In this document: one piece after another, positions 1 to 10,930 of the stretch
Layout: each line of letters opens with the position of its first letter
How positions within the stretch are numbered: position 1 is the stretch's first letter
NCBI RefSeq assembly: GCF_001194135.2
Contig: NC_068982.1
Span: 168,889,057-168,953,056, forward strand
Direction: 5' to 3'
DNA: 64,000 nucleotides
Origin: Octopus bimaculoides
Lineage: Eukaryota
Translations under genes and position numbers: made by a program
Notes under the pieces: model-generated
What the model saw: only the letters and a program-made list of their open reading frames with translations
What the model was told of the DNA's origin: nothing
Databases searched by the model: none

Positions 1-663
1 GTTAAATTCTCGTTGGAAAAGTGTGACTTACGCTTCACATCCCTTCTATTCTAAAAGTTAAAATGTCTTTGTTCATGTTAAAAATACACCAATAATCTGG
101 TAGTCGCTCCCTCGTTACGCAATAGATTCTAATTCAGACCGAAACCATTTTACATTACTGGCGTTTCTATAGGAATAGCAAAAAGTGGTCACTATGCCCC
201 TTCCTATGAAATTTTCATTCTTATTTAAAGATTAAAGACTTTCATATTTACATCTGCAGCGTGTTTCAATCAATTTGATCACTAATAGTTATCGGGTGTC
301 TTTTTCCTGTATGATTAAATAGTACTACATTGAATTCGGAATAACAACTTTTATTATTAAACAAAGGATAATAACGTTCTCATTGACTACGCCACTGATG
401 CATGTTATATTTCTGATATGTACTCATACAATGATGAGACACCTAATGAAGACCGCAAACCAAACCGATTGAAACGTATAATAGATTGAAATAGTATTGA
501 AAATGCTTAATTTTAAAGATGACAAATAGACTGAAAAATTATAATCTTAATAACCTTTCCTCTTTAAAGAAATCTTTAAAGACAATATTTTAATCTTAAT
601 CCTCTTTTCTAGTGGTTAGGTAAACAAGAAAATAAGTCGTAATAGCTAATTGCTAATACTTGC

Positions 664-862
664 CCTGTCCAGACAATAAAGTCAACATGAGAATTGATGG
701 TTTTCATTTCTTCGATAATGCTTTCAATCAGTATCGCCGGTGCATCACAAGAATAGTCGCCAAATTTTCCATAGGTCTTGTTAATGGCTTTGCAGGAATA
801 GGGGATTTCAAGTTCGTTGTAGGTGAAGTCATAATGGAGATCTGTTATGTGCCAAAAGTAAC
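664..862 (-). CDS. SMPDL3: Exon 2 of an acid sphingomyelinase-like phosphodiesterase (SMPDL3A/B-like metallophosphoesterase)
   Basis: Minus strand after tctcag| reads (G)YFWHITDLHYDFTYNELEIPYSCKAINKTYGKFGDYSCDAPAILIESIIEEMKTINSHVDFIVWTG. This contains the W-H-x-T-D-L-H, G-x-FGD-x-x-CD and F-x-x-WTG motifs of the family. The exon is 199 nt, starts in phase 1 and ends at GG|gcaagt. Confidence 0.93.
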
Positions 863-865
863 CTG

Positions 866-952
<87 letters not shown>

Positions 953-1021
953 GCGAGATAAAATATGTACAGTGATGGATATGCGATCATGAATTAAAAT
1001 ATTTAATGAAACTAAAGTTTG

Positions 1022-1423
1022 TTATGCGTTCATATTCAGACGTATTTTGTACTTTTCGATAAATATATTTTCTTTATTTAATCGTTCTTGTACAGAAACT
1101 GTTTCCTTGCACTGGTAGATGGAGAAAACCGTAAAGTTTGGTTGGAGATTCCCTGCACATCTCTCTATGTGTTCACTCAAAGATATTTGTCTATACCTCG
1201 GGAAACAGATCTATTCCTTATTCAGTGTAGTTCTCCGTCTAAGTGACATATTTGTTTGGCCTATATAGTTGTGTCCACAACCTGAACAAGTTATGACATA
1301 AGTTAAATTCTCAGACACACAAGTGAAATTGGTCTTAATTGTGAATCTCTCTCGTTGTTTGAAGTGAAATTTCGAACCTTCCAGTAGGTTGGGGCATGTT
1401 CCACAATCTGGACGTCCGCATTT
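1022..1423 (-). mobile_element. Penelope-like element relic (GIY-YIG endonuclease) in SMPDL3 intron 1
   Basis: Minus frame KCGRPDCGTCPNLLEGSKFHFK...NLTYVITCSGCGHNYIGQTNMSLRRR...ERLNKENIFIEKYKIRLN*, with one internal stop. The CxxC-linker plus YVITC/YIGQT pattern is typical of PLE endonucleases. Confidence 0.85.
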
Positions 1424-1468
1424 TTAACTATTAGTTTCGTTGTTATTGTTGTTGTTGTTGTTGTGTAC

Positions 1469-1499
1469 ATCGTTCCAATTTTAGTATATGTACTGCCGA
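1469..1499 (-). pseudogene. U6: Inverted fragment of the U6 snRNA 5' region
   Basis: Reverse complement reads TCGGCAGTACATATACTAAAATTGGAACGAT, matching the U6 5' part. Confidence 0.8.
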
Positions 1500-1514
1500 T
1501 ACAATATATATATA

Positions 1515-1554
<40 letters not shown>

Positions 1555-1571
1555 TATAGATATATATTGTA

Positions 1572-1634
1572 TCGGCAGTACATATACTAAAATTGGAATG
1601 ATACAGAGATTAGCATGACCCCTGCGTGAGGATG
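1572..1634 (+). pseudogene. U6: U6 snRNA pseudogene, partial, cut by a 10-N gap
   Basis: TCGGCAGTACATATACTAAAATTGGAATGATACAGAGATTAGCATGACCCCTGCGTGAGGATG. It is identical to the 1813 copy over the overlap and may be an assembly duplicate. Confidence 0.7.
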
Positions 1635-1758
1635 NNNNNNNNNNTTTATGAAAAGTAACGATATATATATACAATTAGATGAACTGAGGTAGGAATAAAG
1701 GTAATAAAAGTCATTATTTTGAGTTATTAAAGAGATTTACAAGCATACCGGTTTCGTG

Positions 1759-1795
<37 letters not shown>

Positions 1796-1812
1796 TATAG
1801 ATATATATTGTA

Positions 1813-1908
1813 TCGGCAGTACATATACTAAAATTGGAATGATACAGAGATTAGCATGACCCCTGCGTGAGGATGACACGCAAATTCGTGAAGCGCGTTC
1901 CCTATTTT
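1813..1908 (+). pseudogene. U6: U6 snRNA pseudogene, 5'-truncated
   Basis: Matches U6 through ...GATGACACGCAAATTCGTGAAGCGCGTTCCCTATTTT. It has a 3-nt deletion after ACAGAG, substitutions in the ISL region, lacks the first ~9 nt, and has only (TA)n upstream. Confidence 0.9.
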
Positions 1909-1910
1909 CT

Positions 1911-2075
1911 ATAGACGCAGTAGTGGCTGTGAGGTAAGAAGCTTGCTTCCCAACCACATGGTTCCAGGCTCAGTCCCATTGCGTGGCACCTTGTGCGAGT
2001 GTCTCCTCTTATAGCCCAGATCGACCAAAGCCTTCTGAGTGGATTTAGTAGACAGAAACTGAAAGAAGCCCATCG

Positions 2076-2120
<45 letters not shown>

Positions 2121-2485
2121 NNNNNNNNNNNNNNNNNNNNNNNNNNNNNNNNNNNNNNNNNNNNNNNNNNNNNNNNNNNNNNNNNNNNNNNNNNNNNNNN
2201 NNNNNNNNNNNNNNNNNNNNNNNNNNNNNNNNNNNNNNNNNNNNNNNNNNNNNNNNNNNNNNNNNNNNNNNNNNNNNNNNNNNNNNNNNNNNNNNNNNNN
2301 NNNNNNNNNNNNNNNNNNNNNNNNNNNNNNNNNNNNNNNNNNNNNNNNNNNNNNNNNNNNNNNNNNNNNNNNNNNNNNNNNNNNNNNNNNNNNNNNNNNN
2401 NNNNNNNNNNNNNNNNNNNNNNNNNNNNNNNNNNNNNNNNNNNNNNNNNNNNNNNNNAAGGAAAAGAATAAAGGAATAAAAGAAT
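1911..2485 (+). mobile_element. tRNA-derived SINE, family A (bipartite, central microsatellite; centre lost in gap)
   Basis: Head ...GTGGCTGTGAGGTAAGAAGCTTGCTTCCCAACCACATGGTTCCAGGCTCAGTCCC with A/B-box-like motifs, homologous to 4091-4475, 24281-24545 and 48516-49044. An AAAAGAATAAA tail follows the gap. Confidence 0.8.
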
Positions 2486-2513
2486 ATATATAGCTGTATA
2501 CATAGGAGTGTGG

Positions 2514-2563
<50 letters not shown>

Positions 2564-2573
2564 ACAGATACAC

Positions 2574-2788
2574 AAAGGGGTGTTGAAAAGTTCCTGACTT
2601 TGTGTAAAAGAAAATACAGGAGGATCAGTGAATTATGATTTTATTCAACATATTTCCCTCCTAGATTCACACATTTATTGCAGCGGTTCTTCAGTTTTTC
2701 TAAGCCCTGTAAAAGAACTCGGAAGGTTGGGCCTCCAACCAGGCCTTTCGCGATACACTTATAAGCCAGGAACTGTTCAGCACACCCT
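2574..2788. mobile_element. Mariner-type MITE in SMPDL3 intron 1
   Basis: Imperfect ~27-bp TIRs: AAGGGGTGTTGAAAAGTTCCTGACTT versus the reverse complement of AAGCCAGGAACTGTTCAGCACACCCT. No coding capacity. Confidence 0.7.
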
Positions 2789-2918
2789 GCTCTGGGATAA
2801 AATGGGGGAATGGTCGTGGCTAGGACGCATCATAACAAATAACAACGCTAATTGAAGAAGAAATGAAATACAACAGAGTGACTAGCAATTAAAAAGAGAT
2901 AATAATGTTTTCCTTTAC

Positions 2919-3063
2919 CTGTCGCATCAGATTTAGCATGTGTCTCTGATACCAATAGCGACAACTGCAACAGCAACAACAAAAACAATGTTGGTAGCGC
3001 ACTTACGTTGATGTGGGGATGAAGGGTTCGTATTCTCACACTTGACAGGCTATTTTCTGTCAT
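2919..3063 (-). CDS. SMPDL3: Exon 1 (signal peptide) of the SMPDL3-like gene
   Basis: ATG at 3063 gives MTENSLSSVRIRTLHPHINVSALPTLFLLLLLQLSLLVSETHAKSDAT-G with a hydrophobic core. The donor G|gtaaag is phase 1 and joins exon 2 (G+GT = Gly) in frame. The exact start codon is inferred. Confidence 0.8.
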
Positions 3064-3578
3064 TTTAATCAACACTGTTTTCACTAATGTTTTAGCAACA
3101 AACGTCAAGTACTGTGAGCAAAGTCCTCTTTTCTGCAATCTCGCATACTACTTACTATATAAAACTCACCCACTCACAAGTGCACGCAATTCATTCAAAC
3201 ACACAAACACATATGCCTCAGTATCCCACACATAGATACTAGCACGTTCAAGGTCAGGTCCAGATGTAAAACTATTCAATGACACGTGATCAACATTAAT
3301 ACATCACGTATTTGACGGTCCCTAGTTCAGGGAATACTATGTGAATTATAATTACTATTAAAATCGCATACCAGACATTGCTAGTTGCAGCAGTTGTGGA
3401 TTAAATTCCAATAACCTTATTTCAGTGCTGCTATAAATACACATGAAAGACGAATATTCGATTCATGTAGAACGCGTGTGTGTGTATACATATATATACT
3501 TCTATACATACCTCATACATATATATGTATGTGAGTATATATGTATGCACACATGTATACACACAGACACACACATAC

Positions 3579-3665
<87 letters not shown>

Positions 3666-4090
3666 CACATACATACATACATACATACATACATACATAC
3701 ATACATACATACATACATACATACATACATACGACTGAGTGAAAATGTTTTATGACAGAGATTTTGAATATTTATTATTGTTCACGTTTTCACTTTTAGA
3801 TTAGAGGAATTCAATACAGGTTACACGTAGGTTAGTTTTTATCATATATATATAGTGTGTGTATATGTATGAGAAGTATAACACGAATACACAAGAATAC
3901 AGACAAATCACACACATACGCACGCGCTTGTATACATATACGTACATATATACCAGCTGTGATACACAAAATAGAAAATCCCTCGCGAACGATGAGGTAC
4001 AGGTATGTGATATAACACACACATGCACACAAACCTACACAAACATGTGCCTCTGTGTGTGTGTAGATAGATATATAGATAGATAGATCT

Positions 4091-4475
4091 GTGTAGGAAG
4101 AGGCTTGCTTACCAACAATGGTTCCGAGTTTAGTCCTACTGCCCGGCACCAAAGGCAAATGTTTTCTACTATAGTCTCGGGCCGACCAGATCCTTGTGAG
4201 TGGATTTGATAGACGAAAACTGAAAGAAGCCCGTCATATATGTGTGTGTGTTTTTGTGTCTGTGTTTGTCCCCCACCACCGCTTGACAACTGGTACTGGT
4301 GTGTTTACGCCCCCGTAGATAGCGGTTCGGCAAAAGAGGAGGATAAAATAAGTACCATGCTCTTAAGAATAAAAAGGGAAAAGTACTTGGGTCAATACAT
4401 TTGACTAAAAATTTTTCAAGGCAGTGCCCCAGTATGGCCGCAGTCAAATGAATGAAACAAGTAAAAGAATAAAGA
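4091..4475 (+). mobile_element. SINE family A copy
   Basis: Homologous head, central TG tract and 3' region ending CAGTCAAATGAATGAAACAAGTAAAAGAATAAAG. Confidence 0.85.
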
Positions 4476-4539
4476 ACATGGTTATATATATATATATTCG
4501 TATATGTATATATATATTAATATATGATTATATATATGT

Positions 4540-5960
4540 ACTTCTCCTCTTCCCACCCTACCCACACCAAATTCTCTATCCCCTACTCCCAATATCTCCG
4601 TTTGCGCCGACTCTGCAGTGACAACCATGACTTTGAGATTCAGTCTCAACTCATGTTTCTCCATATCATCCTTCGTGGATATCTCCTCACCACTATCCAC
4701 TCTTCCCTTGCTAGGGCACGTTCCGTGGACGGTACCTCTGCTCTTTCTCCCCGCACTCGCCCCGCCGTTGCCTGTCTCCTGTTTCCCCTTGCCTACCACC
4801 CTTCCAGTCTGCCCCTCTAACGCACCCTTCCGTTGACACCAATCCGACTCCTCCACCTCGCTCATTTTCCTCAACCTACACATTCCCTCCTTCAGACGAG
4901 CCCATAACCTGCGTGACCTCCTGGCCCACAGTTTCTTCCTTAACCCCACCTCCCAGCTTGGCTCGTTCCACTGCTCCCACCCATGCTGCCGTACCTGCCC
5001 CTACTTCTCCAACACCACCATCCTCACAGGCACCTATCATCGCCCCTATCACATCACCGACTCCTACATTTGCATTTCTAGAAACGTCATTTATTGCATC
5101 ACTTGCTCTTTCTACTCTTCCTTGTACATCGGTCAAACGGGACGCCGCTTGACTGACCGGTACGTAAACACCTCCGAGAAATCAGACTCGGCAATGACAT
5201 CCCGATCTCGCGCTATTTCTGCTCAACTGGTCATTCACTACAATATCTGTGTTCGGCCTGCTTTGCACAAGGATCACCCGGACTCCCGCCTTGGCCGTGA
5301 ACAAGAATTAATCTTCTCTCTTCGCTCCTTTGCTCCAAATGGGTTCAACTCCCCTCCTCTCTTCATCTGACACCTACTTCCTCTGTTCACTCCTATCTAC
5401 ACCCTCTCTTCATTAATACCACACCATCCCCACATCACCCCACACATCCCAACGCCACACATCCCCACCACACTACACCACCCGACACCATTCTACACAC
5501 ACTAGCGCTGACCACTTCCCAGCACGCACATCACACACCCACACACAATCTTCAATAGCGTCACCACACATACCACTATATGAGCATCCACGCGTTACAG
5601 ATGCACACACACACACACACTCACACATGTCAGAGTCTTTAGCCCCTATTCACGCAGACACCATTCTCACACACTCACACATACGCACGTGCACCTTCAT
5701 TTGAGATCACCAGCACTTTATTATCCCCCTTTTTTTCAACCTCTTCTTTCAAACTTTTTTGCTAATCATTCGCCATGGTTGACCGCTAAATCTACACGTT
5801 TTTTTTTTCATTTTCTCTCTGTTTATTTTCTCTTATTCCTTTCTGTTGAAGAGCGTAGGCTCGAAACATGTAAGACTTTTTCATTTTCCCAAGCGTCAAA
5901 CTAATACACCTGCTTGTTGTTCATACACCTGACTTCGTCTTTTGTTTTTCTATAAATTTC

Positions 5961-5965
<5 letters not shown>
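4540..5965 (+). mobile_element. Penelope-like retroelement, 5'-truncated and frameshifted (RT C-terminus, GIY-YIG and 3' repeat)
   Basis: YFSSSHPTHTKFSIPYSQYLRLRRLCS (PLE RT C-terminus), then CxxxCCRTC and NVIYCITCS..LYIGQTGRRLTDR ... EQELIFSLRSFAPNGFN. The 3' non-coding repeat at 5760-5965 is also found at 17347 and 43931. Confidence 0.88.
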
Positions 5966-6017
<52 letters not shown>

Positions 6018-7261
6018 TGTGTGTGTGTGTGTGTGTGTGTGTCTATACACATACGTATGTATGTATGTATGTATATTATCTTTTTTCAATCATTTAACTT
6101 CTCCCTCTGAGAACGTACAAAGCTCTATCGTTGGAATGTAGATAACAAAAGCAATGTCACATTTTAAACTTGAGAAAAGTCTTGCATATTTTTACTATTC
6201 CACTCACAGATTGTATTTGTAATGTGCGAGTTGGTTAATTAATTTCTTTTTTCTGAAAATCTTAGCTTATCCAGATAGCCGCTTAGAAATTCAGTCACAA
6301 AACTAAGTGCATCAATTATTATTGTTATAAATGTGAATTTATAATCTGGATACAAAAGCTGGAGGTTTCAAATTATTTCTGTACATTTAAAACAATAACA
6401 AAATTTGTATCACTCAGAATAGAAAAGTTCTTCGAAACAAAATATAAACTTTGACCCTGATCAGCTATTAAACATCTACAAAGCTCAACTGACATTACAC
6501 TGAAGTATTGCTCATGTATAATTATGGGATGGTACTAAATGCATAATCATCTTAGGCATTGTCACCCCCACAAAAAATGATAGACAAAAAAGACAAATTG
6601 TATAACAAAGATTCACTCGGCAACACGCTATAACATTTACTCAAAAATGCATTGTTTCTCCTTTCTAACGCTTCTATCTCTACTATAATCACATCGATGA
6701 GCCAACTGGTTGCATGCATATAATCACTTAGAACAACCGGAGCACCCAGCTCTCTTCCTCTTGATAACACGATTGTAATTAATACAGAAGGAAACAGATT
6801 TCATACTAAACTGTGCTTCTTCAGATCGTCAACCATCTAAAATTCTTTCTTTGCTTATGTCACTTATGTCATCTGTTCAAAGGTAATATTATGCACATCT
6901 GCTTCATTAGCTTGTCCCGCATAATTCCGCTATGTAACTGTATTTCTAATTATGCCTCTGTGTGTGCGTGTGTGTATGTATGTATATACTTACGTATGTA
7001 TGCATGTATACGTCTAGGTATGTATGTTCTTTTCCGTTTTTAATTATTTAACGTATTCTTGTAAGGAAGGAAGAAACTGGTTCCTAACAAAGATGCAAGG
7101 CTCCGTCGTTGGGATGATGACAACGAAAACAAATTCACATTTTGAAATTGAAAAAATTCTTACATATTTTTACTGTTCTTTGTAATGTATGCATGCCTGC
7201 ATGTATGGATGGATGGATGGATGGATGGATGGATGGATGTTTGTATGTATGTATGTATGTT

Positions 7262-7645
7262 GGTCTTCTTATGACACTGACATGCAGTATCTGTGCAAGA
7301 CCGTGCCTCAGTAGAGCTGGACTCATGAGTCATCTTCGTAGTCATGAAGCAAGACCGATGATTGACTACCAGGCCGATGGTGATGGTGCTACACACCATA
7401 CTAATCATGTCTGTCGGGCATGTGGAAGGGAGTGTGATTCAGCAGGAGGACTTGAACGACACGCAAAGGTACATGGAGCCCAATTACAACAACAGCCAGC
7501 TATTGCCAGTGAAGGTTTTGGATGCCAACTCTGTGCAAGACATTGTAGATCTTTGGCTGGGCTAAAAAGTCACATTCGATCACAGCACCGTTAAGTTAAG
7601 CTTCGTGCAATGGCCATACTCGATAATGAGGGGGAAGCCATAAAA
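7262..7645 (+). mobile_element. 3' end of a probable RTE-clade LINE encoding three C2H2 zinc fingers
   Basis: Open frame to TAA at 7594 with CSIC-x12-HLRSH, CRAC-x12-HAKVH and CQLC-x12-HIRSQH. The short 3' UTR ATGGCCATACTCGATAATGAGGGG resembles the RTE end at ~55690. Flanked on both sides by (ATGT)n. Confidence 0.65.
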
Positions 7646-8544
7646 TGTATGTATGTATATATGTATGTATGTATATATGTATGTATATATGTATGTATGT
7701 ATGTATGCATAGGTATAAAGGTGAGAAGTTGAGCATTACTTGGGATAGTAAATATGTAACTTTGAATTGCGTAACATTGAAATATTAATGATACACATTA
7801 CATATTGTTACGCAAGACATATTCACCCGTNNNNNNNNNNNNNNNNNNNNNNNNNNNNNNNNNNNNNNNNNNNNNNNNNNNCCGTTTTTCTAATACACGT
7901 ACGCACATATATACACTCCTACACACACACAGTCACGCACACACAAAGACACACACATACACACATATTCGTACATAAATGTCATCTTCCTACGAATTAA
8001 GATCACGCATACACCCTCCTATATTGTGTATTAGAAGTTGACTTTCTGCTAACTCCAGTATTCTCGATCGTTTTGATTTCGTTTGCACACCGAAGATCAA
8101 ATACAAAATTAATGTGCGCACTTCACGTGAAAAGATTTTTAAAAATCATACTTTAAAGTTAAAAATTTAGAAAGAGAAACTATAAAAACAAAGTATCGCT
8201 TCGTTATTTTTATTAATTTTTTCAATGTCGAGGCGTATGTACGATAAACATTGCTTTTGGCTCTATCAGAAGTTACTCGTCCTTTTTTTTTTTTTTTGTT
8301 ATTTAATGTTGGTCAATGAAGAAAATCTTAATCTACATAAGTATGATGTTAAAAATTTTATCAAAATAGAATTTTTTTTAGCTACTGCGGAATAATCTTC
8401 TCTGATGGTAAACCAAAACATTTTAAGAGATAGTTCATCAGAATTGATTTTCTGTTCACGTTCGCTGAATATAGGCAGCCAATTACTCTTCTTGAAATAA
8501 TTTCAGGCCAGCATCAACCGGAATTTCTATGAAATCTGGGCTTA

Positions 8545-8879
8545 ATAATACTTTCTGACTTAAACACTAGGCCAGAAATTTTGTGGGAAGGGAATAAGTC
8601 GATGTCATCGACCTCTGTACTTAGAACGCAATGAGACGAAAGGAATACTGCAAGGCATTTTTCCGACGTTGTAACGATTCTGTTAGCTTGTTACCGTTAT
8701 ACTATGCATAATAATTCTCTCTACCACAGGCACAAGGTCTGCTACTTATTTTATCGACCTCGAAAAGCTGAAAAACAAAGTTGACCTCGGTGGAATATAA
8801 ATTCGGAACGCAAAACCAAATGAAATGTCACTAAGCACTTTGTCCGACGCGCTAATGATTCTACCAGCTCATCGCCTCA
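8545..8879 (-). mobile_element. Two adjacent degraded SINE family B copies
   Basis: Reverse complement matches GGCGNNGAGCTGGCAGAAnCGTTAGCA...GTTCnAATTCCnCCGAGGTCnACTTTG...GGTCGATAAA. Confidence 0.7.
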
Positions 8880-9369
8880 ATCTATGCTTATTAATGGAAA
8901 TAAAACTTCCCTTTTCTTTCCTAGGATTGTCAAATGCTCACCTTTGATAGGAGTCATTTCTTTTATATGTATTTTACGTACTACAGAAAAAATCTAAATT
9001 ATCATTTCTGACTTCTCTTTCCAACATTAGAATTTTTTCTGAAATGCTGTTCGCTTATCTGTAGAGTTGAAGATATTTTCATCTTTATATTTGTCAAATA
9101 TTCCAGAAGATACTGGAAAAAAGGTAATTCTTCAAAAAAAAAATATGCATGAAGTTATTTTCGGAGGTTATTCACACGACTGAGCACTTTCTACTTTGAG
9201 AACCATCTCACTCACTTCGATGTGCAAAAAGTAAGCGTCAGTGATAAGTGTCCATGTCAATAGAAATTTTCTGAAACAAACGAATCTTTAATGGGCTGCT
9301 TTTAATAAAATTAAGTATTTTGACAGATAGATACATACAAATTAAGTATTTTGACAACCCGTTTCTATT

Positions 9370-9620
9370 CAATCCCAATGTTTTTGCAATCAAGGCTTCT
9401 ATGCAGAAAGCAGTAAGTTATAACATCCAGGTTTTGCTTCTTTTACAAGTGTTGTTATCCCTTTCATACAGTCTGCCAAAAGGGGAGCTCCATCAGTACA
9501 AATGCCAAACCATGACTTCCGTGATATTTGCCATTTTTCAAAGTAGTTATTTAAAGAATAAAAAAGAAGAATGTTTTCTACTATTGAAGTGCCTGGCATT
9601 TTTTTTTGCCACAAAACACT
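9370..9620 (-). mobile_element. hAT (Charlie/Buster-type) transposase relic
   Basis: WFGICTDGAP...KGITTLVKEAKP, then after a frameshift T-Y-C-F-L-H-R...LIAKTL. These correspond to the CTDGA catalytic and C-x-x-H-R motifs. Confidence 0.7.
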
Positions 9621-10642
9621 GATGTACTGTTTGATCTTCAGTAAAAGGTAAAAATGCCAATAGATGCGTTTTGTTGGTAATGTCTATTAACTCATCAATT
9701 TATAAAGCAAAATTTAAATGTTGAAGCTTATTACAACATGCATTTTCCTCGATGTCAGAAGATAGTTCCAAACTGCGCTTACGAACTGTATCATTTGAGA
9801 GAGGAATTTAGCTTCTTTGTTGTTTCTGCCTCATCAGATGTAATAAAACGCCTGAGAGTTGGAATAAAAAGGAATAGCGATTAAACTACCTTGAGAGACA
9901 AAGTGGAAGAGGAAGTGACAGATCTTGCTGCAGAGAGATAGGGAGAAAGAGAGTAGATGATGAAAGCGATAGATAGATAGATAGATACATACATACATAC
10001 ATACATACATACATACATACATACATACATAGTGAGAGGAATATAAGAAAAAGAAACTAGTGAAGGCAAAGAGGGGGTACAAAGAGGATAGTAAAAGATG
10101 GGGAAGGAGGGATGGATTGTGAGAAAGCAAAGTGAGAGATAAATGGCGGGAAGAGAGAAAATAAGATGGAGTATGAGATTCGAAGAATGGAAAGGTAAAC
10201 GTGTTATGAGAAGAGAGAGGGTGAGAGAGAGAGAGAGAATGTTGTAAGGGTGAAAGCGAGTTCTATATCAAAATATATCAAAATAGGGAAAGGTAAGCGA
10301 GAGGGATGAGTAGCATAGTTTGTAATGCCACTGCGTTTCTAGTTATCTCATTCACTCATTCTCTTTTTGAAGTGTATATTAGTAATTAAAATACAGGCCT
10401 AGCCAATTAAAAATCGCTGTTCCAGTGTCCAACGAATTAGTTCACTACACAAGCCTAGATATAAATATCGAAATATTTATGCTAAATTTTAAAGTTTATT
10501 ATGTGGGAATTGCACATATTTGTAAGTCTATATGATATACATGTGTATGTGTATGTGTATGTGTACAGTAGAATGAAAGTATGAACAGGCAAACAGATTG
10601 TATCGGTTTAGATCATAGCGTTTATATAATGAAGCAAAATTG

Positions 10643-10930
10643 CTGAGTTGTTACAATATAGTAGATCGTAAGAAATATGGAAGTAAGAGGGTGTGCAGAT
10701 AGTCTCTTACAGCTGTTTCAAGAATAGATGCGCATATGATACATTTCCAGACGAAAATAATCTATACATATAGTGACAGTCTATTCCATCTTCGGAGAAT
10801 ACATGCATATACGGTTCATTTCGGAGAAATGTATCATATGCGCATCTATCCTTGAAACAGCTGTAAGAGACTATCTGAGAGCATTCTTACGTCCTAATTT
10901 CTTATGATCTACTCTGTTGTAACACCTCAG
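10643..10930. repeat. Fold-back element, ~105-bp inverted arms with ~78-bp spacer
   Basis: 10643-10747 aligns to the reverse complement of 10826-10930, including a near-perfect core CAGATAGTCTCTTACAGCTGTTTCAAG(A/G)ATAGATGCGCATATGATACATTTC. Confidence 0.9.

Noticed and set aside
660-866. Plus-strand 68-aa ORF
   Set aside because: It is the antisense shadow of SMPDL3 exon 2.
1550-1875. Two tandem forward U6 copies as a real gene cluster
   Set aside because: They are identical over the overlap and separated by a 10-N gap, so possibly a scaffolding duplication. Both are truncated and mutated and lack a promoter context, so no functional U6 gene is called.
3431-3755. ORFs of poly-YI, HT, VC, SL, RE, poly-I and poly-N type throughout the window
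   Set aside because: They are translations of (TA)n, (CA)n, (CT)n, (ATGT)n and (ATT)n microsatellites.
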